A DNA stretch of 60,934 bases, filler included, from Myxococcota bacterium (GTDB taxonomy: Bacteria > Myxococcota_C > UBA6777): the NCBI GenBank assembly GCA_023150835.1. It is 3 parts of 3 records of this genome, joined end to end, with 100 filler letters (N's around TTAATTAATTAA, not from the genome) between each part and the next. Parts side by side here need not be neighbours in the genome. Positions count along the whole stretch, not along the records: positions 1 to 30,856 come from JAKLKB010000131.1; positions 30,957 to 50,013 come from JAKLKB010000132.1; 1 more part is not named here. One strand, given 5' to 3'. A program made the translations under genes and the position numbers. The notes beneath the pieces were generated by a model, which saw only the letters and a list, made by a program, of their open reading frames with translations, had not been told where the DNA came from and did not search any database. This document shows positions 29,421 through 38,238 of this stretch, piece after piece. Each line of letters opens with the position of its first letter. Within the stretch, counting starts at the first letter, position 1.

Positions 29421-30718
29421 CGGTAGTTGTCAAGAAAGTTGTCGCCTAGACACTACGTTTGTTCAGACTCTTTTTTGGGGGGTGGGTTCAAAACCACCGA
29501 GCCAACAGGTTGAAAGTTCCTGATCGGTTTGGCCCATCGTTCGGGATGTTTCTCTCGTGCTGCTTCGTACACTTTCTTTCTATGAGCCAGTATTTCTCGA
29601 TCTTTTCCTTCGTGCCGCTGTTCGGGCGTCACGTAGCCTATTCCTGAATGCCGATGCTCCGTGTTGTACCAACGCACAAACCGCAACGCCCACTCTCGCG
29701 CCTCTTCTATCCGCGTGAATCCTTTCTCTGGATATTCCGGACGGTACTTGCATGTCCGAAACACCAACTCACTGAAAGCGTTGTCGTTGCTCACTCTGGG
29801 CCGACTATGCGAGCGTTCTACACCCAACGACTCCAACAGTCCGCTCAAATGCGACCCTTTTTGCGGACTCCCGTTGTCGGCGTGAAGTACGCGCAACGTT
29901 CCTGCGCATTTTTCCGACCAGACCGCTTTCCGCACCACGTCTTCCGCATACTCACTGCTCTCTCTGTCGTATACTTCCCAACCTACGATCTTTCGGCTGT
30001 AGAGGTCGAGCAACAGGTACAAGTAGAAGAACAAACCCCGCACGGGACCCGGAAGCCACGTGATATCCCACGTCCATACTTCGCATGGACCGCTCGCTTC
30101 GTGTGTTTTCGCCTCTCCTCGTTTTTGTGGCCACGCCGCCCGTCCTCGCGGATGCACTGCGTCTTCTTCTCGTAGGATTCGATAAAACGTCGCTTCTGAC
30201 GCCAAATACACCCCTTCGTCCGCTAGTCGTGGCACGATCTGACTCGGAGGCATCGAAGAATACGTTGGGCTGTTGCACACCGCAAGCACTTGTTCTCTTT
30301 CCTCTTCTCGCAATTTGTTCGCTGGCACCGGACGTTTCGCGTTGGGCCTTTTGTCTTCCTGCACTTCCTCTCCACGCACCCAGCGCGGCCACGTTCTCTT
30401 TGAGATACCCAACACTTCGCAACAAGGCTCCAAGCGCGCTCCGCTTTTTCGGGCTTCTTCTACCCATTCTGCCACTTGACGCCGCTTTTCCAAGGGAATC
30501 ATTCTTCCTCTCCGTCCCTCCAAAGCGTGTCCACTTTTTTTTTCAGCACCAACAAGGCCGCTGCTTCGCACTTTTTTTTTCAGCACCAACAAGGCCGCTG
30601 CTTCGGCCAATGCCTTCTCTTTTCGCGTCAACTCTTTTTGCAACCGTTGGGTTTCTTTCTGCTGTTCTTTGACTTGCTGTTTGAGTTGTCTCTCTTGGGC
30701 TTCTCGCCAATCATTGCT
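29421..30718 (-). mobile_element. IS3-family element, 5'-truncated; OrfA/OrfB fused by a 37-bp duplication
   Basis: WTWDIT, LHADNGS, SRPRVSNDNAFSE DDE core; AEAAALLVLKKK with an A9 slippery run; right end GCGACAACTTTCTTGACAACTACCG. Confidence 0.9.
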
Positions 30719-30856
30719 GACTCTAACGGATTTTGTGTAAGGTGACAAAAGTAGAAAGAGAGGGTACCCTAGACCCTGCATACCCAAACAATGGGAGGTC
30801 TAGGATGTACCCTCAAGTGCAAGGTAAAACAATCGTGCTTCCTTTGGCAAGCCCCG
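30719..30856. mobile_element. Probable terminus of a second IS (IS256-like end) interrupting the IS3
   Basis: IS3 OrfA similarity stops abruptly at GACTCTAACGGATTTTGTGTAA, which resembles IS256-family ends; the contig breaks ~140 bp later. Confidence 0.4.
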
Positions 30857-30956
30857 NNNNNNNNNNNNNNNNNNNNNNNNNNNNNNNNNNNNNNNNNNNN
30901 TTAATTAATTAANNNNNNNNNNNNNNNNNNNNNNNNNNNNNNNNNNNNNNNNNNNN
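30857..30956. other. Artificial contig linker (N44-TTAATTAATTAA-N44)
   Basis: All-frame stop linker inside an N run. Confidence 0.98.
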
Positions 30957-31460
30957 CATGAGCCCACGCACTTGCTTCTCCAACCGCTCCCTTAGCGCTT
31001 TCTCCAATCCTACGATTCGCCGCTCTCGCTCCGCATCTTTCTGCCGCATCTCCCCTTCCAAACGCGACATCCGACGGCTCAACGCTTGTCGCTCCTCCTC
31101 GGCTCGACCCTTGAGCTGTCCTTCCAAACGCAACATCCGACGGTTCAACGCTTGTCGCTCCTGCTCGACTCGACCCTTGAGCTGTCCTTCCAAACGCAAC
31201 ATCCGACGGTTCAATGCTTGCTCTTGCTTCTCTGCCGCCTCCTTTAGCGCCTTCGCGAGCTGCTTGAATCGCTCCTCTTGTCCTCGTTCCGCTCGCATCT
31301 GCCGCTCGTCTTGATCCACCTGACTACTTTTCAGACGCTCCACCTCGCCCTTTAGCTTCCGAATCTCCTTCACCAAGTCCGCATCCGCCTTACCTTCACA
31401 CACGCACCACTGCAAGCCCACCACCAAACCCACCAAGACACCCTGCCATCGTCGTTTCAT
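30957..31460 (-). CDS. Secreted coiled-coil protein, N-terminal part (truncated by gap); paralog of 60497-60934
   Basis: Signal peptide MKRRWQGVLVGLVVGLQWCVCEGKADA, 22-aa repeats, near-identical to the 60497 copy, AAGGAG RBS. Confidence 0.85.
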
Positions 31461-31483
31461 CGACATCATCTCCTTCTTTGTGG

Positions 31484-31600
31484 ATAGGAGTTACGCAGTT
31501 GAAAAGAGAAGCCTCGGAACATCACCCCGTTGTAGGGGCGGTTCGCGAACCGCCCAAGGCCACATACCGGTCTATTTCGTATCGAACTGCGTAAGCCCTC
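31484..31600. repeat. MITE-like element, family B, with internal REP
   Basis: Imperfect TIRs ATAGGAGTTACGCAGTT...AACTGCGTAAGCCCT and internal GTAGGGGCGGTTCGCGAACCGCCC; homologs at 51770-51932 and 52738-52998. Confidence 0.7.
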
Positions 31601-32045
31601 TATGGAATCACCAAGAAAAACATCCGCCAAATGTGTGTTTCCATCATGTAGGATCGGTTCGTGAACCGCCCGCATAAATCCGTCGAATATGTGTTCGCAT
31701 CGTGGGGCGATTTGTATATCCCCCCCACACATGGTGGTTTGTACACCACACACGGCGTTTTGTACATCGCCCACACAACATCGGGGATTTTCACAACGGG
31801 AGCACAACAACGGGAGCACATAGACCAAAACGGCATGAGTTGGATCAAATGTTCGCGAAACGCCCCTATGATGGGTTGATTTCTCTGCACACCCTCTGCG
31901 ATGGCATCCACCACCGACATCCTCAACCGTCCCCCTCTTACGCCCCTGCCCAACTCCAAAAATGTGGGGGATGGATGGTTTGCTGCGCAACACGCGCAAC
32001 ACTTCACTTTGTTTTCTTGCCGCCTTTTACGAAGCGTGAGACTCC

Positions 32046-32666
32046 CTATGGTCGTCTTCGGTGGGCATCTTTTACGGACGCTGCGTATTGATGGGAGCGA
32101 TGCTCAAGACAAACGGAGTTGATACAATAGCGGAGTCCGGTGGGTTTGGGGCCATCATCGAAGACGTGACCCAAGTGTGCGTTGCAGCGGGCGCAAACGA
32201 CTTCTTTACGGATCATGCCGTGGGAGGAATCGATATTTTCTCGGACAGCGTGTTTGTCGTACACATCATAAAAACTGGGCCATCCTGTGCCTGAATTAAA
32301 CTTGGTCTTGCTATCGAAGAGAAGATGTCCGCAGCTTGAGCAGACAAAGACGCCCTTTTCTTTGTTGTGGAGATGTTTTCCTGTGAAGGGTCGTTCGGTT
32401 CCGGCTTTTCGGCAAACATAGAACGGCAAGGGGCTCAAATGTTTTTTCCAATAATGATCAGGCTTTTTCTTCCACGGCGTACGAGCGATCTGTTGCGGTG
32501 TCATTCCTTTGAGATGTTCGAGTCCTTGGTTTGTAGGAGAGGGAGCTTTTGGATCGCCAGCCCACGACAAAGGACTGCGCCAACCGCTCCGAAGAGACCC
32601 GACAGATAGCAACAAAGCCACCACACCACACCACGAGACGAGACGCCACAAATTACGCGAATCCAT
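32046..32666 (-). CDS. msrB: Peptide-methionine (R)-S-oxide reductase with signal peptide
   Basis: [33 protein letters not shown]. Confidence 0.95.
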   Translation of the reverse strand: MDSRNLWRLVSWCGVVALLLSVGSLRSGWRSPLSWAGDPKAPSPTNQGLEHLKGMTPQQIARTPWKKKPDHYWKKHLSPLPFYVCRKAGTERPFTGKHLHNKEKGVFVCSSCGHLLFDSKTKFNSGTGWPSFYDVYDKHAVRENIDSSHGMIRKEVVCARCNAHLGHVFDDGPKPTGLRYCINSVCLEHRSHQYAASVKDAHRRRP

Positions 32667-32863
32667 ACATCAACTCCTTCGTGATACGAAAATCGCCCGT
32701 TGTGTGATCAGATGGTGTAGGGGCGGTTGGCGAACCGCCCGTCTATCGGGATATTGGGGATCGAACGGACATCATCACACAACAGGATTTCGTATGAGAG
32801 AAACAAGAAAGGCCCTTTTGGGATGAACGGAAACAACATCGGGGTTCCGCGATGGAAAAAAAG

Positions 32864-32979
32864 CCGTGTTCGCGCCCGATCAAGCGGCATTGTGGTTTGT
32901 AAAAAAAACGCACGACCACGCCGTCGATACGGGGGCCAAGGGGGCTGCGCTCCCTTGCGGGGCATGGGGCAGAGCCCCA
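32864..32979 (+). repeat. ~115-nt structured intergenic element, copy 5 (most diverged)
   Basis: CCGTGTT...GATACGG outer stem with changed inner stems (GCGGC/GCCGT, GTGGT/ACCAC). Confidence 0.7.
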
Positions 32980-33037
32980 TACGCGCCTTGTTAAGGTGGA
33001 AACCTCGTAGAGTCGGTCTTGATCGCCTTTTTTTTTC

Positions 33038-33192
33038 TCCCCCCCCTCAATCCCCCCGTGAACGGGGGGAAGTTGGAACGGGCAGCGTCTGCGTCTCGTG
33101 CATACAGCGTGCGTCATGAAAAAACAAAATCCCCGATGCTTCCGACTTTCGCTCCCTCCCCCGTGAACAGGGGAGGGCGGGGTGGGGGGCTT
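33038..33192. repeat. Pair of REP-like GC hairpins
   Basis: CCCCCCGTGAACGGGGGG and CCCTCCCCCGTGAACAGGGGAGGG. Confidence 0.6.
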
Positions 33193-33285
33193 TCCTCCGC
33201 TTCACAAGGCGCGTATGGGGCAGAGCCCCACAAACACGAACCGCGAAACTCAGACAACAGACGTTGTGTGGCTTGATACATTACG

Positions 33286-34410
33286 CTAGGGATTTTTTTT
33301 GCGTTCGATGCGCAGGACATCTTGGATGGTGGCCCAAACAGCGCCAGCGTCGGAGTGGACGTCATCCCAACGCCCCGAAAAACGCCCACAAAAAGAAGAT
33401 TTCAGAACTTCGGCCAACACACGGGATTGGCGATCCTGAAACAACGGATGCTTGAGATAAATACACGCTTCTTCGGTGGCGCGAACCGAAAGGTTCATAC
33501 TGAGTTCTGCCGAGCGACGGACACGGTTGGCGATCTCGACGATCTGTCGGACGACTTCGGATTCGACTTCGGGATGCCGCTCAAACAAAAGTTTCTCTTC
33601 CTCTTGGGCGGGCATATAATCCATCTGTAGCGGAGCAAAACGATCAAGTTGCGCAGCGTCGATGCCGAAGGTACCGGAGAATTCGTTTCCTCGGTTGACG
33701 GCTGCGATGAACTGGACGTTGTCGGGGATCGAGAGGAAGGCATTGTTGATCGGGTGGTAGATGCGGCGAGTGGTGTCGAGGGCGGGCATCAGGGCGTTTC
33801 GTGCGCTTTCTTGGCAACGGTTGAATTCATCGAGAAAGATCAAGAAGCGCTGTTGGGGTTGTTCGTGGGCTTCCTCAAGGGCGCGTAAAAAGTCCGTTTT
33901 CAGAAAGTCTGTGACGGGTTGTCCTTGTTCGGTGGCGCGAACTTGGATCGTGGCCAAAAAGTCGGTCGCCTCGATCACAGCGCTGCAATTAAAGAACACA
34001 AAACGCATCCCGAGGGCTTTGGCGATCGCCCTTGCCACCGAGGTTTTCCCGCTCCCTTGTGGACCATCAAGCAAGATATTGAGTCCACTTTCGAGCAATA
34101 TCTGGAGTTTGGTCGAGATCACAGGGTCGAGGTAGACGCCCTCTAATTTGAACGAAAGCAAGCGAACAAATTCAACTTCGATGGTTCCGTGATTCGGATT
34201 TTTGTGCTTTTTGATCTGCTTGATCCGCACAAGACACGGTATCCCGGGGCGGATGCGCTCATCATCGCAAAGAATGACCTTGGGAGCGCGTTTGCCATCG
34301 AGATGCGTCGCCCGATAGCGAAACCCCGATTCTTCCACAGGATTGCTCCAAAACGTCGCTTCCATCGTGGCGTTCAGATGGATCTCTTCGATGGCCCATT
34401 TTTCGGACAT
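33286..34410 (-). CDS. MoxR/CbbQ-like AAA+ ATPase (AAA_5)
   Basis: Walker A GPQGSGKT, Walker B IFLDEFNR, AAVN, DAAQLDRF. Confidence 0.88.
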   Translation of the reverse strand: MSEKWAIEEIHLNATMEATFWSNPVEESGFRYRATHLDGKRAPKVILCDDERIRPGIPCLVRIKQIKKHKNPNHGTIEVEFVRLLSFKLEGVYLDPVISTKLQILLESGLNILLDGPQGSGKTSVARAIAKALGMRFVFFNCSAVIEATDFLATIQVRATEQGQPVTDFLKTDFLRALEEAHEQPQQRFLIFLDEFNRCQESARNALMPALDTTRRIYHPINNAFLSIPDNVQFIAAVNRGNEFSGTFGIDAAQLDRFAPLQMDYMPAQEEEKLLFERHPEVESEVVRQIVEIANRVRRSAELSMNLSVRATEEACIYLKHPLFQDRQSRVLAEVLKSSFCGRFSGRWDDVHSDAGAVWATIQDVLRIERKKNP

Positions 34411-34428
34411 CTCGATGCGCGTCCCCCC

Positions 34429-35403
34429 CTAACGCTTTTTGCCCAAACAATCCAACGCGATATCCTCCGCTTCTTGCAAGAACTCAGCGTCAGGAAGATG
34501 CGAAACAGCGGCCACCGCACTTTCGAGCTGCTGACGATCACGCACACCACAAAGCGCGGTCGAGACTTGGGCAAAACGCAGCACATATCCAAGGGCGATC
34601 TCAAGGCCGCTGTGTCCGTGTTTTTGGAGCAAAGGCCGCAAGGCAGCCATCGCCTTGTATTTGAGACTGCGATCGGCTTGTTTCCACCACGACGCATGCG
34701 AACGGATATCGCTTGAATCGAAACCACTCGTCTTTTCGCGCTCTGCGGTCACTCGCCCCGTCAAGACGCCTTTATCGAGTGTGCCGTAGCTCATAAAGCC
34801 CATCCCATGCTCATCCACGAGCGGAAACAGAACGTCTCGTGCGTATCCATCGAACAGATTGAACGAGCCTTGCAAGACATCTACGCGATCGATCTCCATC
34901 GCCCGAGCGATCTCTTCGGGAGAGGTGTTGGAAAGACCGATCGATCGGATCTTTTGCTCTTGACGGGCTTTGGCGAGAACTTCCATCGTTCGACGGATAT
35001 CGACGTTTGGATCAGGCCAATGCACAAAATACAAGTCGATGTAATCCGTTTGAAGATCGCGCAAAGATTGATGCAACATCTCTTGGGTTTTTTTGGGGCT
35101 GTTGTCGATCCCAACGCGCTGATCACGATCCCACGTAACGCCACACTTCGACACCAAAAAAACTTTTTCACGCTTCCCCACAAAGGCTTTTCCGATGCGT
35201 TGTTCAGAAAGACCGAAGCCGTAGATCGGAGCCGTATCAAAAAGATTGATCCCCAAATCAAGCGCTGCACGCAAAAGATCGAGTGCAGCTTGTTCTTGGA
35301 TCTCTCCAAAGCCGTAACCTTTGCCTTCACCGCTCACGGCTGCACCACCAAAGCCAAGAACGGATACTTCGGCATCCAAACCGCCCATCCGTCGGTATCG
35401 CAT
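34429..35403 (-). CDS. Aldo/keto reductase
   Basis: FDTAPIYG, SKCG, DYIDLYFVHWPD, IGLSN. Confidence 0.93.
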   Translation of the reverse strand: MRYRRMGGLDAEVSVLGFGGAAVSGEGKGYGFGEIQEQAALDLLRAALDLGINLFDTAPIYGFGLSEQRIGKAFVGKREKVFLVSKCGVTWDRDQRVGIDNSPKKTQEMLHQSLRDLQTDYIDLYFVHWPDPNVDIRRTMEVLAKARQEQKIRSIGLSNTSPEEIARAMEIDRVDVLQGSFNLFDGYARDVLFPLVDEHGMGFMSYGTLDKGVLTGRVTAEREKTSGFDSSDIRSHASWWKQADRSLKYKAMAALRPLLQKHGHSGLEIALGYVLRFAQVSTALCGVRDRQQLESAVAAVSHLPDAEFLQEAEDIALDCLGKKR

Positions 35404-35414
35404 GAGCACGTCCC

Positions 35415-36224
35415 TCAAGGTTGTTTGTTGTGTTGGGATTCGTAGAAGGCCATCGCTTCTTTGTAACGCTCGTTGATCGAAAGAGCAAACTTCCAAAAGT
35501 AGTCAAAGGCCGAGATCAACGAGAAGAACAAGCTCAAAAACAACAACACAAGGCCGACTTGGTGAAAGGAAACCTCGATCGAAGCAAGGCCAAGAAAATC
35601 AATGCGATAGGTGTAGTGGATCAACAAACCAAAGATGGCGAGCATCTGAAAAGCTGTTTTGTGTTTACCAAGAGAAGACGCAGCGATCACCAAGCCTTCG
35701 CTTGCAGCGATGCCTCGTAGTCCCGTGATCGCAAACTCCCGTGAAAGTAGGACGATCACCACCCAACTCGGCACGCGGCCCATCGGAACCATGATGATCA
35801 AGGTGGCGGCCACGATCAGTTTGTCTGCGAGCGGATCGATCAACTTGCCGAGGATGGTGATCTGGTTGAGTTTTCGGGCAAGGTAGCCGTCCAAGAAGTC
35901 GGTCACACAAGCCGCAGCAAAGATACAAGCCGCATAAAAGCTATACAGGCGGCTGTCACGTTCCAAAACAAACAACACCAAGGGGATCATCAGGATGCGG
36001 ATGTAAGTCAGGACATTGGGGATCGCGTACAGCTCGCGACGAAAGTTCGTGGGCGGAGTCAGCGGTTTTCGCTTGCGGCGTTCGCGTTTTTCTCGACGAG
36101 CGCGTGTCCACCAACGCTTTTTGACTTTCCCAACCACGACAGCGAGGTCCGAAGGCGTTGGGTTGGAAGCAGTCGCAGAAGTCGCCGACGTGTCGCCCTT
36201 TGTTGGAGGGATAGCCGTAGACAT
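35415..36224 (-). CDS. pgsA: CDP-diacylglycerol--glycerol-3-phosphate 3-phosphatidyltransferase
   Basis: IPNVLTYIR, TDFLDGYLARK, GKLIDPLADK, REFAITGLR. Confidence 0.93.
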   Translation of the reverse strand: MSTAIPPTKGDTSATSATASNPTPSDLAVVVGKVKKRWWTRARREKRERRKRKPLTPPTNFRRELYAIPNVLTYIRILMIPLVLFVLERDSRLYSFYAACIFAAACVTDFLDGYLARKLNQITILGKLIDPLADKLIVAATLIIMVPMGRVPSWVVIVLLSREFAITGLRGIAASEGLVIAASSLGKHKTAFQMLAIFGLLIHYTYRIDFLGLASIEVSFHQVGLVLLFLSLFFSLISAFDYFWKFALSINERYKEAMAFYESQHNKQP

Positions 36225-36235
36225 ACGAGATCTCC

Positions 36236-37852
36236 TTAGCACTTGCGAACGAGGATGCCGCCCTCGCCTTCAAACTCGACAAACGCCACGGTCGGTCGAT
36301 CAGGCAACGCAAGGGCTTTTTCGTGGACGATGCGAGGCACCAACGCCCCAACCCACCCGACCAGTCGATCATAGGCCACGCGCACACGTTGCCCTGCTTT
36401 GATATGAAAGCCGCGCAGCGGGGCTTTGCTCACGACCAAAACCGTCCCTTCGCCCCACAGATTATCGAGAGGCATATCGGGAACTTCGTTGGAGGGCGAG
36501 GGCACACGGCCATTTTCCCACGAGATCTGCGGGCCAAAAGCAAGGACACTGCCTTCGCAAAAGTAGGCAGCCAAGGGATCGGCGATCTGCATCATCGTCA
36601 GATGTTTTGCCTTCTCCACAAAAAGCCGCAACGTGCCGCGTCCTTCGATGCAAGCCATCGGATCTTCGGGCGGACCAAAGATCTGCTCGATCGGTTTGCC
36701 TTGGAAACGCTTTGATTCCCACCGTGTCTCCAGCGAACCTGTGATCGAGATCAGCCCTGAAAGGCGGCTAAACACCTGACTTTCGCAATGGATCTCCAAG
36801 ACATCGGCTTCCCGAGACCAAAAGGTCGGTGGTTCGGCCTCGTCGTCCACTTCCCACCACGTATCCGCAAGCCCCAAGACTTCGTCGATCGCGCTGTAGT
36901 CATAATCCGCCAAATCCGCAGGTGCAGGCGGAGGGGTGGGTTGTTGTGGAGAAAAGATATCGCCCAGATCGCCCATCGAAGCGTCTTCTTGGAGCAAGAA
37001 AGGCACATCTTCGGAAGGTGGTGGCTCGGTGTCCCGACGGCCACGACCGTTTTGCTCGGGCGGCAACACCACCACAGGCCACGACTCGTCTTGCACTTCG
37101 ATCACAGAGGCCACAGGGAACGTTTTGACGGGTTCGGTCGGACGGGCGCTGTGTTCGGGTTCGTGGTTCGACAACAACAACAACGGAGCCGCACCGTCAC
37201 TCTCGCTTGCCGAGAAAGCATCCGAAGACGAGATCGCCCGTTGTTCGGGGCTGGTCATGGCTCCCTGCAAGGGCAAGATCGAACCATCCAACCCCACAGC
37301 AAGCTCATCTTCGACTACAGAAGCAGGAGCCGCAACAGGCTTGGAAAGCTCGATCGGAGCCAACAACACGGGTTGTTCTTCGATCTTGCGCGCCATTCGT
37401 GCGGCCATCTCGGTCTGTCCTGCCGTCTCAAAGTGCTCGTGCGCCTTGCGGTAGTCTTCCAAGCGTGCGTACACCAACCCCAAGGAGCTATGGACTTTTT
37501 TGTCTGCGGGGCTAAACTCCAATGCCTTTTCGAGTAGCTTACGCGCTGCTTGCACCCGTTGTTGTTGAAGGTACAACATCGAAAGATTGACATACAGTGC
37601 CGATTCCATCGGGACTTCATCGATCAATTCACCATATAAATTCTCGGATTCTTCAAGGCGTCCTGTTTTGTAGTATGTCAGCGCCAAAAGAGTCCGCACA
37701 GCGACGTGTTCCTCGTCCAATGCGCGGGCCTTTTCCAACACGCCCCGCGCCTCTTCCGCTTTTTGCTGCTCCAACAGGTTCTTGGCTTGGATCAGTAAGT
37801 CGACGACTTGGGATTCTTGTTGCGTTCCCAATGCTCCTTGTCCGCTCGCCAT
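36236..37852 (-). CDS. TPR-repeat protein with acidic linker and C-terminal AIM24-like domain
   Basis: N-terminal TPR helices, P/D/E-rich linker, WENGRVP...GEG..L..S and FEGEG motifs. Confidence 0.75.
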   Translation of the reverse strand: MASGQGALGTQQESQVVDLLIQAKNLLEQQKAEEARGVLEKARALDEEHVAVRTLLALTYYKTGRLEESENLYGELIDEVPMESALYVNLSMLYLQQQRVQAARKLLEKALEFSPADKKVHSSLGLVYARLEDYRKAHEHFETAGQTEMAARMARKIEEQPVLLAPIELSKPVAAPASVVEDELAVGLDGSILPLQGAMTSPEQRAISSSDAFSASESDGAAPLLLLSNHEPEHSARPTEPVKTFPVASVIEVQDESWPVVVLPPEQNGRGRRDTEPPPSEDVPFLLQEDASMGDLGDIFSPQQPTPPPAPADLADYDYSAIDEVLGLADTWWEVDDEAEPPTFWSREADVLEIHCESQVFSRLSGLISITGSLETRWESKRFQGKPIEQIFGPPEDPMACIEGRGTLRLFVEKAKHLTMMQIADPLAAYFCEGSVLAFGPQISWENGRVPSPSNEVPDMPLDNLWGEGTVLVVSKAPLRGFHIKAGQRVRVAYDRLVGWVGALVPRIVHEKALALPDRPTVAFVEFEGEGGILVRKC

Positions 37853-38128
37853 CTTCGCTCCTACATCGTCAGACCCTGTACGGGTCTGTTCTACACATCC
37901 TTCACGCGCTTTTGTACCGGCGTCATTTGTCCAACCGCATCGTGCTGGCGTCTTTGTCCAACTGCACTCGCCAAAGGCTGCGAAGTCAAAAAGATTCTAC
38001 CTCTTAGCGAAAACAGGCCCCCTTGTCAACGCCACGCCTCCCAACACCCCACAAACAAACGCCCCACAAGACCTGCCTCACCTCTCCCCACAAAACGCCC
38101 CCCAAATCGCGATGAATCCAAATTCATC

Positions 38129-38158
38129 TTGACGTGTGCTTCGGTGTGCCGTTATGAT
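38129..38158 (+). promoter_or_regulatory. Putative sigma70 promoter for the acyl-CoA dehydrogenase gene
   Basis: TTGACG-N18-TATGAT, 80 bp upstream of the ATG. Confidence 0.45.
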
Positions 38159-38238
38159 GGCGCACGCAAAGGAACAAAAACATCCTTCTTTACAGCAACT
38201 TAGGGATTATTCCTCGCAACCAGACACAGGAGCCAACG

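Noticed and set aside
30901..30912. TTAATTAATTAA as a biological site (also 50058-50069)
   Set aside because: All-frame stop linker between N runs; adjacency across these points is not real.
33286..34410. Missing ATPase of the ternary system
   Set aside because: It is an AAA_5/CbbQ-like enzyme within a housekeeping run ~8.5 kb away on the opposite strand, not FtsH-like.
37170..37185. AACAACAAC run as a DGR template repeat
   Set aside because: It encodes poly-Leu in the minus-strand TPR-AIM24 gene and has no similarity to the FGE C-terminus.
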